Source: Octopus vulgaris (lineage: Eukaryota). Taken from it: 64,000 nt of DNA. Positions 14,544 to 26,898 of the stretch are shown in pieces; position 1 is the stretch's first letter, and each line of letters begins with the position of its first letter. The position numbers and the translations under genes were made by a program. The notes beneath the pieces are model-generated. The model was not told the origin of the DNA and made no database searches. It saw nothing but the letters and a program-made list of their open reading frames with translations. The DNA lies in the NCBI GenBank assembly GCA_951406725.2, contig OX597827.1:22568001-22632000 (forward strand), in the 5' to 3' direction.

Positions 14544-15063
14544 TGTGTGTGTCTGTGTGTTTGGAGAAGGGGAGAGAGACAAAAAGAGAAAAGGGAAAAT
14601 AAAAATAATAATAATAAAAATAAAAAATTAAAAAATTAAAAAAATAAAATAAAATAAAAACAAAAAATAAAAAATAAAATAAAAAAATATAAAGAATAAA
14701 TAAAAATATATAAAGAATAAAAAATAAAAAATAAAAATAAAAATAAAAATAAAAATAAGGGAGGAAGTGGAGAAGAAAAAATATTTTTGTGTGTTGATAT
14801 TTATACCAACACATATATATACACACACACACAGACTTATACATAAAATATTTGAAAAAACCTTTTTATCGGTTCAAAATGAACAACCAAATTATACCAT
14901 CTTGAAAGTTGTATGTCATAGGAAAGTTAAAATTAAAGTGACAATTAAAGGGTAAAGATGGAAGTGAATTATAAAGATAATAATATAATATGATGTATAT
15001 AACAGGCAATACACACATCTACACACACACAGATTTTTCCTTCAATGTATGTTGAGTAAAGTT

Positions 15064-17379
15064 TCAGCCATTTAATTTGGGGGAGAACTTAGCTATGAAA
15101 TGTTTTTCCATATTCCTCCTGAAGGGGGTGTCATTCTTCGGACACTTGTAGAAGGGAAATATCTTAAATTTTCCTTCTCCACATGTAGCTAGGTGTGTGC
15201 TTAGTGGTATTTTGCGTAGTTCTTCCTGCCGAATATGTTGTCGGTGGATCCTGGCTCGCTGGCACAAAGAATTACCAGTTTCTCCTACGTAATTCTCCTT
15301 GCATGTGGGGCAGGTTATGCAGTATATGACGTTCTGCGTCTTGCAGTTCATATCTGCATTTACTTTGAATATGACACCATTTTTAAATCTTATCTCTCTG
15401 TTGCTCTCTATGTATTTGTAGGTGGGGTTGCTGCAGGTCCCACATCTACCATCTCCGCACTCTTTTGCAAAGAATTCCGTTTTAGTTTCTGAAGAGAATT
15501 TCGCTCTTGTTAGGTGTTTTTTTAGGTTTTTGTCCTGTCGTCTACTGTTTTTTATGCTATATTTGTTTAATATGTTTTTCATTTTGGGGCTCTGTAAGGC
15601 TATTGGTAGGTTTGAATGTATGGTTTGGAAGATGTTGGTAACTCCAGGGTTGTGTGTGTTTATAAAAGGGATAGTGTTTTCTTTGTTTTTTGTTTTGGGT
15701 GTCCTGAGTTGTGTGATGTCTAGTTTTAATGCTCTTGTGATTCCATTTTCTATTAGTTTAAGGGGGTATTTTTGCTCTAGGAGGAAGCTTTTGAGTTCAT
15801 CTAGTCTTATTAATCGTATTTGTGAATCAGTTACTATGCTACATATTCGTCGTGCCATACTATATGGGATGTTTCTTTTTGTGTGGGATGGGTGGCAGGA
15901 GTGGAAATTTAAGTATTGATGTGTGTCAGTTTTTTTGTAGTGGATGTCTGTTGTGACGATGGAGTTGTGTATTTTGATGTTGATGTCTAGGAAAGGAAGT
16001 TCGTTGTGGCTGGTATCTATTGTGAAATTGATAGATGGGTGCAGCGTATTGAGGATGTTGTGGAATGTTTGTAGGTCCTCTTCTGATCTGTTCCAAAAGA
16101 TGAAACAGTCATCGAGGTAGCGTTTCCACTTTTTCTTGATGTCTTCTCTGAAGTCGTGTTCGAAGACTTTCCCTATTTCGTCATATAGTTTTTTCTCCAG
16201 GAAGCCCATCACTAGGTTGGCATATGAAGGTGCGAATTTTGTACCCATAGCCGTGCCTTTTATCTGTCGGTATGTCTTGTTGTTGAATGAGAATGTGTTT
16301 TCTTCTAGTATTAGTTGGGTGGCTTGGGTGATAAAGTTTGTCTTGAAGCGTTCATCTATAAGTTCTCTGTATTTTTCTATTGATTGTTTTATAGCTTCTA
16401 GACCTAGGGTGTGTGGTATGTTTGTGTATAGATTTGTGACATCAAAGCTTGCAAGTATGGTGTTTTTCGGGACTGTATTTGGAATGTGTGTGAGGAAGTC
16501 TATGTCATCCCTTATGTAGCTTGGAATCTGTGGGCATAGAGGTTTGAGGAGTATATCTATGAAGTGGCTTAGTTGTTGTGTTGGTGCCTGGGGTCCTGCC
16601 ACTATTGGTCTCATCGTGAGGTCTGCAGGTCTTTGTACTCTTATGTAGTGGTTCCTCTGTTCCTTTATGGCTCTCTGTATTTCCGAGCTTTTATGAATTT
16701 TAGGTAATCCATAAAAGTTGCTTTCTTTGGTTTGTGAATTGCATAGATAATCTTCCTCCTTATCTGTAAAGGAGTCCTGATATTCATTGACTAAAGTTCT
16801 AATTTTTCTTATTGTTGTTTTCTCCGGTGGTGTTGGTTCCTCTTTGTAATATGCCTGGTTGTTCAGTAACTCTAGTATCTTTTCTTTGTAGTAATCTGTG
16901 TCCATAATTACTATTGCTCCACCTTTGTCAGCTTCTTTTATAACGATTGATTTGTCATTTTTCAGTTTTTGTAGGGCTTGCTTTTCTTCTCTGCGGAGAT
17001 TCTGTTTGCATTTGTGTGTGTGAAGAGGGAATTTGGATATTGTTTCTATGTACGTGTCAAGGTGTTTGTCACTTCCCTTGTAAGGGGTGAAGTGGGATTT
17101 TTTTCTTATGATTGAGTTATCTTCTGTTTCTTTATTTTCAAAGAATTCCATAAGGCGGAGGTAGCGGCTGAAGTTATCTATGTCAGTTTTTAGTTCTATG
17201 AGGTTTGGAGTGGGTGTAGGTGTAAATTTGAGGCCTTTTAGTAGTAGGTTCATTTCATATTCGTCAAGTTCTCTTTTAGATAAGTTTATTATTTTGGGGT
17301 CTATGTGTTTTGGGAGTTCATCCGGAATTTTTGGTGTATTGGGTCTGGAGTATGGTTGAAGTATCCTCTCCCTAAAAAA
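15064..17379 (-). CDS. PLE ORF2: reverse transcriptase plus GIY-YIG endonuclease (frame open from 17391; first ATG at 17253)
   Basis: IINLSKREL...[79 protein letters not shown], linker [29 protein letters not shown]...RIH...HL. No internal stops. Confidence 0.95.
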   Translation of the reverse strand, partial: FFRERILQPYSRPNTPKIPDELPKHIDPKIINLSKRELDEYEMNLLLKGLKFTPTPTPNLIELKTDIDNFSRYLRLMEFFENKETEDNSIIRKKSHFTPYKGSDKHLDTYIETISKFPLHTHKCKQNLRREEKQALQKLKNDKSIVIKEADKGGAIVIMDTDYYKEKILELLNNQAYYKEEPTPPEKTTIRKIRTLVNEYQDSFTDKEEDYLCNSQTKESNFYGLPKIHKSSEIQRAIKEQRNHYIRVQRPADLTMRPIVAGPQAPTQQLSHFIDILLKPLCPQIPSYIRDDIDFLTHIPNTVPKNTILASFDVTNLYTNIPHTLGLEAIKQSIEKYRELIDERFKTNFITQATQLILEENTFSFNNKTYRQIKGTAMGTKFAPSYANLVMGFLEKKLYDEIGKVFEHDFREDIKKKWKRYLDDCFIFWNRSEEDLQTFHNILNTLHPSINFTIDTSHNELPFLDINIKIHNSIVTTDIHYKKTDTHQYLNFHSCHPSHTKRNIPYSMARRICSIVTDSQIRLIRLDELKSFLLEQKYPLKLIENGITRALKLDITQLRTPKTKNKENTIPFINTHNPGVTNIFQTIHSNLPIALQSPKMKNILNKYSIKNSRRQDKNLKKHLTRAKFSSETKTEFFAKECGDGRCGTCSNPTYKYIESNREIRFKNGVIFKVNADMNCKTQNVIYCITCPTCKENYVGETGNSLCQRARIHRQHIRQEELRKIPLSTHLATCGEGKFKIFPFYKCPKNDTPFRRNMEKHFIAKFSPKLNG

Positions 17380-18656
17380 TGGGTTGTGTTGTTACGTCTC
17401 CAAATTCCATTTTCAGTTCTTAGGTTTTCTTGTAGTTGGGGTGGTCTGTGTGGTCTGTATGTGTTGTTTTGTCTTTGGTAGTTGTTTTCTTCCCATCTTC
17501 TGTGTTGGTTGAGCCAATATTTATTACTGGGGTTCAGGTTTCTTTGTGGGTAGGTGGATGGTTCATGTATTGTGTTTGTATTGTATTGATAGTGGGAGTT
17601 GTTTTTTATCCATCTTGGAAATTTGTGGGGTTGCATGGGGTTGGTGTTTGTGTGGTTTCGATTTCCTTGATGTTTGTTGTGGGTTATGTGTTGGTTTCTA
17701 TCCATTTGTATATTGTTCCATGTGTGTGTCCCTTTAGGGTGTCCAGTGTTATGTGTTGGTGGTTGTTCATATTCTATTTGTTCTCTCCAAGTGTTATAGG
17801 TTGTTGGTTGTATGTATTGTGCTCGTCTTGCTGTTGGTGTGTTTGTTTTTGTGGGGTTTTGGGTTGATGGTTGTCTTTCATATTTTGTGTATCTGTTAAT
17901 TGGGGGGTTCGGCAGTGTAAGGAGCGGGATTTTGGTTTGTGTTTGGTAGGGCTTATTTTGATGTCTGGGAGTCCAGTATGTTTGTGGTGTTAGTTTGTTG
18001 TATCTATTCATTTGTTTTGGTAGTTTTTTTGTCTTCATAATTGATTCTTCACCATAGTTCTTTTCATAGTTTAAAAACCACTCATGTTGTTTGGTCCACA
18101 TAAATCTGGATCTTTCCTCCTCTCGTTCGGTATCCTCTTTCCATAATTGTTGTAGTTTTTCTTTGTTTTGGTTATTGTTCCTTTCTGTTATCTCGGCCAT
18201 TATGACGGTATCGATTGTTTTAATCTTATCTTCCTGGTGTGTGCTTCGTGTTTGTAGAAGGGAAATTTCCGTTTCTAGTCGGCAGAGGGCTAGGTTTGCA
18301 CGTATTGTTGTTTCTTCTAGTGTTTCACCCCTTATTTCTTTGATAAGAAATTTTCTAGGGAGTATTGGGTTCTTCAAGTCCCGCCAGTTTTGATATATGT
18401 TGGCTATGTTCTTACAGCGTATGTTTTTCCAATAAGCATATTTGCGTTGGTTTAGAAGTTTGTTCCAGTCTTGGGGTTTTGAAGGTTTTTCTTGGTTTGT
18501 GTCAGTTTTTGTTTCTTCGTCATTTGTTGTCCTTTGTGATTGGGGTAGTCCCGCCAGAAGGTTTGTGTTATCAGTTGTGTTTGTTTGATTATTTTTACAG
18601 AGAATATTTTGTGTTTGGATTGTATTTATTGTTAAAGCAATGTTTGCAAAGAACAT
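17301..18656 (-). CDS. PLE ORF1: helical/coiled-coil region followed by an N/Q/T/P/H-rich low-complexity region (true start uncertain, probably 5' truncated)
   Basis: More than 1.3 kb stop-free and non-microsatellite ([18 protein letters not shown]...PILPRKFL...RLETEISLL...[17 protein letters not shown]). The IYIY N-terminus in the ORF track is (TA)n. Confidence 0.75.
   Translation of the reverse strand: MFFANIALTINTIQTQNILCKNNQTNTTDNTNLLAGLPQSQRTTNDEETKTDTNQEKPSKPQDWNKLLNQRKYAYWKNIRCKNIANIYQNWRDLKNPILPRKFLIKEIRGETLEETTIRANLALCRLETEISLLQTRSTHQEDKIKTIDTVIMAEITERNNNQNKEKLQQLWKEDTEREEERSRFMWTKQHEWFLNYEKNYGEESIMKTKKLPKQMNRYNKLTPQTYWTPRHQNKPYQTQTKIPLLTLPNPPINRYTKYERQPSTQNPTKTNTPTARRAQYIQPTTYNTWREQIEYEQPPTHNTGHPKGTHTWNNIQMDRNQHITHNKHQGNRNHTNTNPMQPHKFPRWIKNNSHYQYNTNTIHEPSTYPQRNLNPSNKYWLNQHRRWEENNYQRQNNTYRPHRPPQLQENLRTENGIWRRNNTTHFLGRGYFNHTPDPIHQKFRMNSQNT
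17373..17379 (-). promoter_or_regulatory. Candidate -1 ribosomal frameshift slippery heptamer U_UUU_UUA
   Basis: ORF1 reads CAT TTT TTA GGG AGA (HFLGR). The -1 frame reads TTT TTT AGG GAG AGG (FFRER) and continues without a stop into the RT. Confidence 0.65.
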
Positions 18657-18685
18657 ATATGTTAAAGCAATGTTTGCTATAGAAC

Positions 18686-18875
<190 letters not shown>

Positions 18876-19219
18876 GATTATATAAACATATATATGAATA
18901 TATATGCGCATATATACTCACACATGCAAAGAGATAGACAGACACACAGACAGACTGACCAATAAGCAGGCAGTCAGATGAACAGACAGGCAAACAGACA
19001 AAATCTTGTTAAATTTTACTGATGAAAATATCTTATCTCCTTGCTGCAATGAATAGAAATTAGGTAACTAATTAAGGCATTTAATTAGCTCTGTTTGCGA
19101 TTCCAGCGCGACTAGTGGTTGCAAGAACGTTGCTATGGAAACAACAGCTATATATGATCATTGATAGTGTTTTTACATCTATACGCATATATGTAAAGAC
19201 AACGCATACACACATATAC

Positions 19220-19549
19220 TCGCACTCATATATATATATCACTGTAATCACCGTGACCGACAAGGCTGTCGGATGTTGCTACACATCGCTGGTCGCAATG
19301 CGCTTCGCATTGTTTTAGCCTTCAAATGACACCACCCCGCTGGCTAAGCGAGCAGGCCAACAGAAGAAAGAGTGAGAGAAAGATGTGGCGAAAGAGTACT
19401 GCAGGGATGGCCACCATCCATCCCCTGCCGGAGATTCGTAGAGCTTTAGGTGTTTCTGCTCAATAAACACTCACAACGCCCGGTCTGGGAATCGAAACCG
19501 CAATCCTACAACCGCGAGTCCGCTGCCCTAACCAGTGGGCCATTGTGCC

Positions 19550-19552
<3 letters not shown>
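19220..19552 (-). mobile_element. tRNA-type SINE, family C
   Basis: Minus-strand head AGGCACAATGGCCCACTGGTTAGGGCAGCGGACTCGCGG...GGTTTCGATTCCC (A/B boxes). Related copies at 46330, 51430 and 52462. Confidence 0.75.
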
Positions 19553-19587
<35 letters not shown>

Positions 19588-19992
19588 TATATATATATAC
19601 ATACATATACACGCATACATATAACTACATACATATACACACATATATATACACACATACATATACACACATATATATACACACATACATATATACACAT
19701 ATATACACACACATATATACACATATATACACACACACACACACATATATACCACACATATATATATACACACACACACATATATACACACACACATATA
19801 TATACACACACACACATATATACACACACACACACATATATACACACACACACATATATACACACACACACATATATATACACACACACACACACATATA
19901 TATACACACACACATATATATACACACACACACACACACATATATACACACACACACACACACTATATATATATACACACACACACACACAC

Positions 19993-20048
<56 letters not shown>

Positions 20049-20404
20049 AATAATATTTGTCTCTTCTAATAGAAACAAAAGGGTTTATAGGACAGCAAAA
20101 GAAGTGCTCAAATATAAACGAGACGAAGATAATGAAGCATTGGCTATAGAACATACAATAAATTTTACATACAACCCCACCCCTCAAACATTTAATCATA
20201 TATAAAAATCACCATGGTTCCCAAATACATAAAAAAATAATACATATACATAAAATCACAGAAGGTAAAAATATATAATCGAATAAAATACAAATAGAAC
20301 GGCCTATCAGAAATGTTAAATATAAACGGCTAAAAATTCAATAACTACCAAAAAACCCAATAGACAAATATAAAACAAGTAATGGTAAAAATAAAATAAA
20401 TATC

Positions 20405-20815
20405 GGGTCTTTTCGGTTTGAACGGCTGTTATTTAAAATAATTTCCACGTAACTAAACACTTTTAAACTTCGTATACTGGTAGAATGTGTTTATAAAACA
20501 TCATTTTTTCTTGGCTTTATTGAGAAAATTCTATAGTTTGTAAGATATTTGTTGTTGTTTTTCTTCAATTTCTGCAATTTCAACTAATCAATGATGTCTA
20601 TTGAGGTAAAAAACATTCTGTGCCGTATGAATATGTCCCTCGTTTAAGAAACAGATTGGGTTTATTTACATTTGTGAAGAAAAAATGATACCCTTCCCCC
20701 AACCCCTAACCCTAAAAAAGATTGAAATGCAATAGATCGATACTAGGGTCATAATTATGGGTGACAATTTCATATGACATCGCTAGAGAAACTGCCGTTC
20801 AAATCGAAAAGTTCC
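20405..20815 (+). mobile_element. ~410-bp MITE (GG termini, 8-bp TSD, Merlin-like), copy 1
   Basis: TIR GGGTCTTTTCGGTTTGAACGGC / GCCGTTCAAATCGAAAAGTTCC. The empty site is visible in the opposite arm at ~22562-22580. Confidence 0.8.
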
Positions 20816-21614
20816 TAAATAATAACCACAAAAGTTTTATCAGACGATTAAAATATTTTTTTAAAATTTAATTATTTTTTTTAAATATTTGAAAAAAATA
20901 TTTGAAAAAAGACTTTTACTTCCCTCATTCAAGTACATCCAAAGTTCATAAGTAAACAGACTTCCGCAGGTCAAATTCACAGACATCATGAACAGTCTTT
21001 TACTCCCTCCACACAAGTATGCCCAAAAGTTAATAACGAGCAGACTTCACAGGTCAAATTCAACATTCACATACATCTATGGCCATTTCGGGAGCTCACC
21101 ACCGCAGTTTATTTACACTAAAGTGCAATACAGCGATAACCCCCGCCTCATCAAGATAAACAGGAGACAGGAGACATGAATAGATACATTTTTTTTTTTA
21201 AGAAAAGCTTATACTTTTTAATGAAAAGCTTATATAATTTAAAAGAAAAAACTATCAACGGACCAGTCCAAATTTTCTAATTTAAAAGAAAATCCTATCG
21301 ACGGACCAGTCCAAATTTTCTAATAAAAAAAAAGTCTATTGCTAAACACTTAGGTGGATTTAGTTAACAGAAATTCAACGTTGCCGGTTTCAAATCACCG
21401 TAACGCTAAACAATTTTTTTTTAGAAAATTTGGACTGGTCCGTTGGTGGATTTTTCTTTTAAATTATATAAGCTTTTCATAAAAGTATAAGTTTTTCTTT
21501 AAAAAATTTTAATCTGTGTGTGCCCTGTTTGATTGCTTGGAGTTTCATTGTTGAGTTGTTATTGTTTTTGCTGCTTTGCAGCGGTTCACTTGTTGTGCTT
21601 TCTCTCTGTGATAG

Positions 21615-22047
21615 ATGGCCAGGTATTCCTCGGCTAATTCTGCATATTCGGATATCAGCGAATACGAGTTGTCGTCATCGGAGGAGGAGCTCTTGAGAGC
21701 GATGCAAAAAATGGACAGGTGTTTGAAAAAAAGGGCCTTCGCGGAAGCAACGGAAATTCGTAGAAAGGAGGTGAACCTAAAGAATTTGAGAAGGTTCGAA
21801 AATATGGTGGATAGTGGAAGGCAAAAAAACGAGCGAACACAAGGAAAATCATGGCAGAAATGTTTTGCGGTGCCTAAGAGTAGAATTGAAGGATGTATAC
21901 GAATGCAGAGGTGGTTATTCAGTTTGGAGAATTGACTGCAATATGGAAGAGATACCAGAAAATATAAGATACGATGAACTAACTGACAAATACGGCAATG
22001 GCATGCCGGTGACCGAAGGAATGAAGGATCTAAGTGACGCTATCTGA
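21615..22047 (+). pseudogene. Unknown ~140-aa coding-like cassette split by one frameshift
   Basis: Two overlapping non-repetitive ORFs (21615-21935 and 21814-22047), higher GC than the flanks, protein-like composition. No family recognised. Confidence 0.35.
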
Positions 22048-22918
22048 TGTGGGGCAGGTGGCCCATTTCCATGTATCATCTTCATTTTTCATGCATTATA
22101 TCATACGGTTTTGTTTTGTTTTATATGTTTTTTATGTCCCTACATGTTCGTGTAATGTCCCCTCTTCGATGGCCACTTGTGGGCTATAAAAAAATCATTT
22201 CTTAAAAAATTTTGATCTGTGCGTGTCTCCTGTTTCCTGTTTAACTTTATGATGGGGTCAGCGCCGTGTTGCACTTTAGTGTAAATAAACTGCGGTGGTG
22301 AGCTCCCGAATTGGCCATAGATATTTGTAAATGCTGAGTTTGACCTGTGCAGTCTGCTCATTATGAACTTTTGGACATGCTAGTGTGGAGGGAGTAAAAG
22401 ACTGTTTTCAAGATGTATGGGAATTTGACCTGCGGAAGTCTGTTTACTTACGAACTTTGGATGCACTTGTATAAGGGAAGTAAAAGTCTTTTTTCAAATA
22501 TTTTTTTTAAATAATTAAATTTAAAAAAAAAATATTTTAATCGTCTGATAAAAGTTTTTTTGTGGATATTTATTTTATTTTTACCTTTACTTATTTTATA
22601 TTTGTCTATTGGGTTTTTTGGTAGTTATTGAATTTTTAGCCGTTTATATTTAACATTTTTGATAGGCCGTTCTATTTGTATTTTATTCGATTATATATCT
22701 TTACCTTCTGTGATTTAAGTATATGTATTATTTTTTTATGTATTTGGGAACCATGGTGATTTTTATATATGATTAAATGTTTGAGGGTGGGGTTGTATGC
22801 AAAGTCGTTGACCCAAACTCATTGTTTGTTCTATAACCGATGCTTCTTAATACATATACATATATATACATATATGCATATTTATACATATATATATGTA
22901 TGCATATATCTATCTATC

Positions 22919-23011
<93 letters not shown>

Positions 23012-23016
<5 letters not shown>

Positions 23017-23225
23017 AATCCAAACGGGAAACAAAAAAACAACAACAATGGAACAATTACAGTATTATTATTAATAGGCGCTCAGGAAATGGAAGCAGGG
23101 AGGTATGACGTTTCGAGCGGAGCTCTTCGTCGGAAACATAAAGAAGGAAGAGAGAGGAAAGAAAGATCCCAGAGCGGGCAACGGGGATAGAGAAAAAAAA
23201 CGACTGGTGTTTAGGAGTTGCATAT
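23012..23225 (-). mobile_element. ~210-bp (TA)n-associated element with a variant hammerhead-like motif (23103-23137)
   Basis: Homologous to 50400-50618. Minus strand reads CCGACGA-A-GAGC-TCC-GCTC-GAA-ACGT-C. Confidence 0.6.
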
Positions 23226-23302
23226 TATAATGTCTGCATATTTGTATATACATATGTGTGCGTATGCATATTATGTTATGTATGTGTGTATGTGAGTGTG
23301 TG

Positions 23303-23356
<54 letters not shown>

Positions 23357-24379
23357 CAAAAACACTCACACAAATACACACACGCACCAGTATGTGTATA
23401 TGTGTGTCTGTTTATGTATTATGTATGCATGTATATGTATGTATGTATGTATGAATGTATGTACGTATGTATGTGTGTGGAAAAGAAACGTAGTTAAAGC
23501 TGCACTTTTAAGAAACTTTCTTTTCAATGCAAGCCGACTATAGCCCCGTCTGCCCTCACTTCCGGTCCCCTTCGCCGTCTGGATATTGCACACTGCACGC
23601 CTTCCTGCGTCGGTTTCATTGCCTGCCTCGCTGTTCGGTTTTCTCTTGTGGCGGTCTCGCTCGCCACCGGGGAAGACACCAACTGACTGCCTCGCGGTCG
23701 CGCCTCCACCTCTGCCTCTCGTTGCGGCCCGAGAGTGATGTTAGCTGAGTGTCTGCTGTATGTTCATTGAGAAAAAATTAGAGAGTGCAGAGCAAGCCTC
23801 CACCGGATTGCGTACGTAAGTGATTATAAAAACCACTTTCTTAAAGTGCATTTTGAAATTTTGAACTTCCTTTCTTTATACTTCAACTCGTGTAGGAAAT
23901 TTTTTAAAATCTTTTTCTACTCTGTGTATGTGTGTGTGTGCGTGTGTGTGTGTGAGTGAGTGAGTGTGTGTACACATATATATATATGTACGTGTTTTAT
24001 ATATATACGTGTGTATGTATGTATGTATGTATGTATGTATGTATGTATGTATGTATGTATGTATGTATGCATTTATGTATGTATGTACGTAGGTAGATTC
24101 CAGGGAGTGACAAGTTCAAAAAGATGCTATGTCCGGTTGGTTAACCATAAATTTAGTTACGAGAGAAAAACAAATGTGAATCGAGAGTAGCTGATTTGTT
24201 GTCGTATGAACTCAACTCGCTCTGTCTGTGAGCTGGATCGGAGATCTGGATCGATGAGCTGGATCGGAGAGCTGGATCGATGAGCTGGATGGTAAAGTTT
24301 GTTATCGAATGACTTCCTGTTAGCCAATTGAGGGACGTTTTTTTTCTTCTTCTTTTCTTTTAGATCTGATCTCAAATAT

Positions 24380-24625
24380 CAGTGTATGCGGTAGCCTCAC
24401 CGTCCTAAGTATGGTGGCCACCCTTCATTGCGGATTTCCTTTGAGCTTTGTAGAAGGTTGTAGTTGTCGCTGACTGAAATGTTTTCGGGTTCTAGGTTCT
24501 TAAAAGAGAGACTAGGATTTTGTGATGTAGATTCTGCGTTTGCCAGAAGACACCCTCAGTACCAGTCAAACTCAGCATTTGTAGGGACCTTGAAATTCTC
24601 AGTTGTATGTTATTGTTGTTGTTGT

Positions 24626-24686
<61 letters not shown>

Positions 24687-25110
24687 CTGTAGTGGTGTAG
24701 GTTATTGCTTTTTCGTTTATATGTGATAGTTGTGTTTTTGAAAGAGTTGAAATTAATGTGGTTCCTACGGAGAATGTTTCCGAAGTCAGTATTCAGGATA
24801 TTAAGTGTATATTTGTCATGATGTGTCTGGATTTCCACAAGGAAAGTATTTGGCTGCCAAAGGTTGGGGTAGAATTAAAAGCGGTATCCTCTGTGTCGAA
24901 GTGGGCGTTGTCGGACGTGGTCCCAAGAAGGTCTGTGACGAATAGAAAGACTTGTGGAAGGGGAACAAACAGAGCCTTGGAAGACATCAGAAGGGATGAT
25001 ATGGGAATCAGTTAGTTGCATCCATCATTACACGCCTCGACGGTTCGATCTGACAAGAAGCTGTCGATCCAAGAGAAGAAACATCGATGGAACCAATAGA
25101 TGGACAGGTT
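24380..25110 (-). mobile_element. Decayed CR1/L2-like LINE RT fragment
   Basis: PQVFLFVTDLLGTTSDNAHFDTEDTAFNST resembles the RT segment PTLFLLFINDL...HSYADDT. Interrupted by (TTG)n. Confidence 0.45.
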
Positions 25111-26179
25111 TCACAGACATTTGCTGACTTGACACTCTTGAATGTTATATACCACAGAACCTCCCAAAACTAGGCATCAATATTTGAACATTGTCTATTT
25201 CCTTATTGTTGTTTCACTTCAAAGATGGAAATAAAGTAATCGGGAAATTACGGAATATCTCAATGTCCTGCTCTCTGCGTTTCTCTCCTTAAATATTCGA
25301 TCAGTTATGCGAAAACAATGATATCACTAAAACAAATCGATGCCGACGCCATTCTTCGAGCAAGAAACTCCGTATTATCTTTTCTAAAACTCGCCTTAGA
25401 TGAAAAAAAAAACGGAATTCAATGTTAATATAGGAGGGACTTTGTCTGCTGATATGTTTTATTCCGTCAAAGATTCTCACGTATTTCTGAAGGACTCTGT
25501 AGAGATGATGGAATTAACTTACTTAGAAAGTTTAAATTCCGAAAATATAAATTCCGAAAAAATTATTTGACTTTTTCATTAACAAGTTCTCTAATCCCCT
25601 AAAGAAAATCTTTAATAACCTCGTTGACAACGTATCACTCAGAATTTTTAGATTATCCTCTTTGAAAAACATACACATCACGATAACGAAGCTTTAAAAA
25701 ACAGATTCAAAGAAGAAAAGCATAGAAATAGAAGATGCAATTATAATATGGTACAATACGCCATGCAACCTACCATTAAAGACTTTCAACTCTTACAAAA
25801 ATACTTTCCATCTGGGTTAGAAATCCAACAAGTGCCGAAATATAAACAACCGAATTCCAATTCTTTCGTCAATAATTTCTCACAAAGAATAGCAAATATC
25901 AACCAAACAGAACTTAGACAAAACCTGGAAATAACGCCAATAACAGCGACCGTAATAATAGCAACTTTTATCATTTACAAAGAAAACACCTTTACTGAGG
26001 AAATAGTTTATTGTTCTGCTGCTCATAGCATTCTTGCCTATCCCATGCCCACCGCCTCCCTATCCTAAGTTCTACTTTCCCGATCTGTCAACGTCTTACG
26101 CACACCGTCAGTCCCTCTTACGATTGATATGGCGAAACGCCAGAAAGCTAAACTGATTCCACGTGAACTACTTGAGAAA

Positions 26180-26655
26180 GCTGTTGAGAAATCACCTGGC
26201 AAGACAAGGTCCCGGACACGAAGGTCCTCTCTCGAATTGATCTGTCAAGAATTTACACACTGCGCAAGTGAGGTGGCCAGGCCAGCTTGTTCGAATGCTC
26301 GGCACGCGGCTCTGCAAGGGATTGTTTTACAGGGAGCTGACGAAAAGACATGCTGAAGAGCTTTGAGATCAACCCCGGCACCTGGGAAGTGCAAGCACAA
26401 GACCGCCCTGCCTGGCAAAGCTGCACCAACATAGATTCCACTTCTTACGAACACAAAAGGATTGCAGGCGCGCAAAGGAAACTTGAACCACGCAAGTCCA
26501 AAGCCACCTCCTTGCCTTTAGTCCCAACAGTGCCCGACCTGCACCAGAGCCTTCTGAGCACAGATCGGACTGATTGGCCACAGTCTGACACAATGTGTCC
26601 CGCGTTCTCCTCACAGGCGATGTCCTTGGTCATCGTCGACAGCGACGGATGAACT
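26180..26655 (+). mobile_element. RTE (BovB-like) LINE 3' fragment
   Basis: WSGQLVRM...GLFYREL-like segment, LKSFEINPGTWEVQAQDRPAW, terminal IGLIGH-like motif and short 3' tail. Confidence 0.7.
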
Positions 26656-26898
26656 AAAATATTGATTTGACTGCAACTTCATTCAAAAGTATCTCTTTTT
26701 CATTTTATAACCCAAGTGAAAATTCTAGCAAATCCATGCCTGGATTCATTTGGAAATTAAAACTAAATGGAAATTAAAAGCAACTAACACATCTTATAAT
26801 ACTTCTTGTAAAGTTATCTCACATACCAAACCTGACTAAAATAACAATCAGCTTTGCCAACTTTGTACTATACAAACGTTTATTTACAATTTATTAAG

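Larger units (their letters stand above)
20134..22846. repeat. 2.7-kb palindromic (fold-back) element of unknown class between (TA)n tracts
   Basis: 20134-21205 is inverted to 22197-22846, and 21185-21322 is inverted to 21421-21515. Centre at ~21323-21420. Confidence 0.8.

Noticed and set aside
15235-18682. Plus-strand ORFs overlapping the PLE
   Set aside because: Antisense shadows of compositionally biased coding sequence.
19470-19552. tRNA genes at SINE heads (also ~46550-46624 and ~50030-50105)
   Set aside because: A/B boxes are present but attached to repeated SINE bodies, and no convincing cloverleaf.
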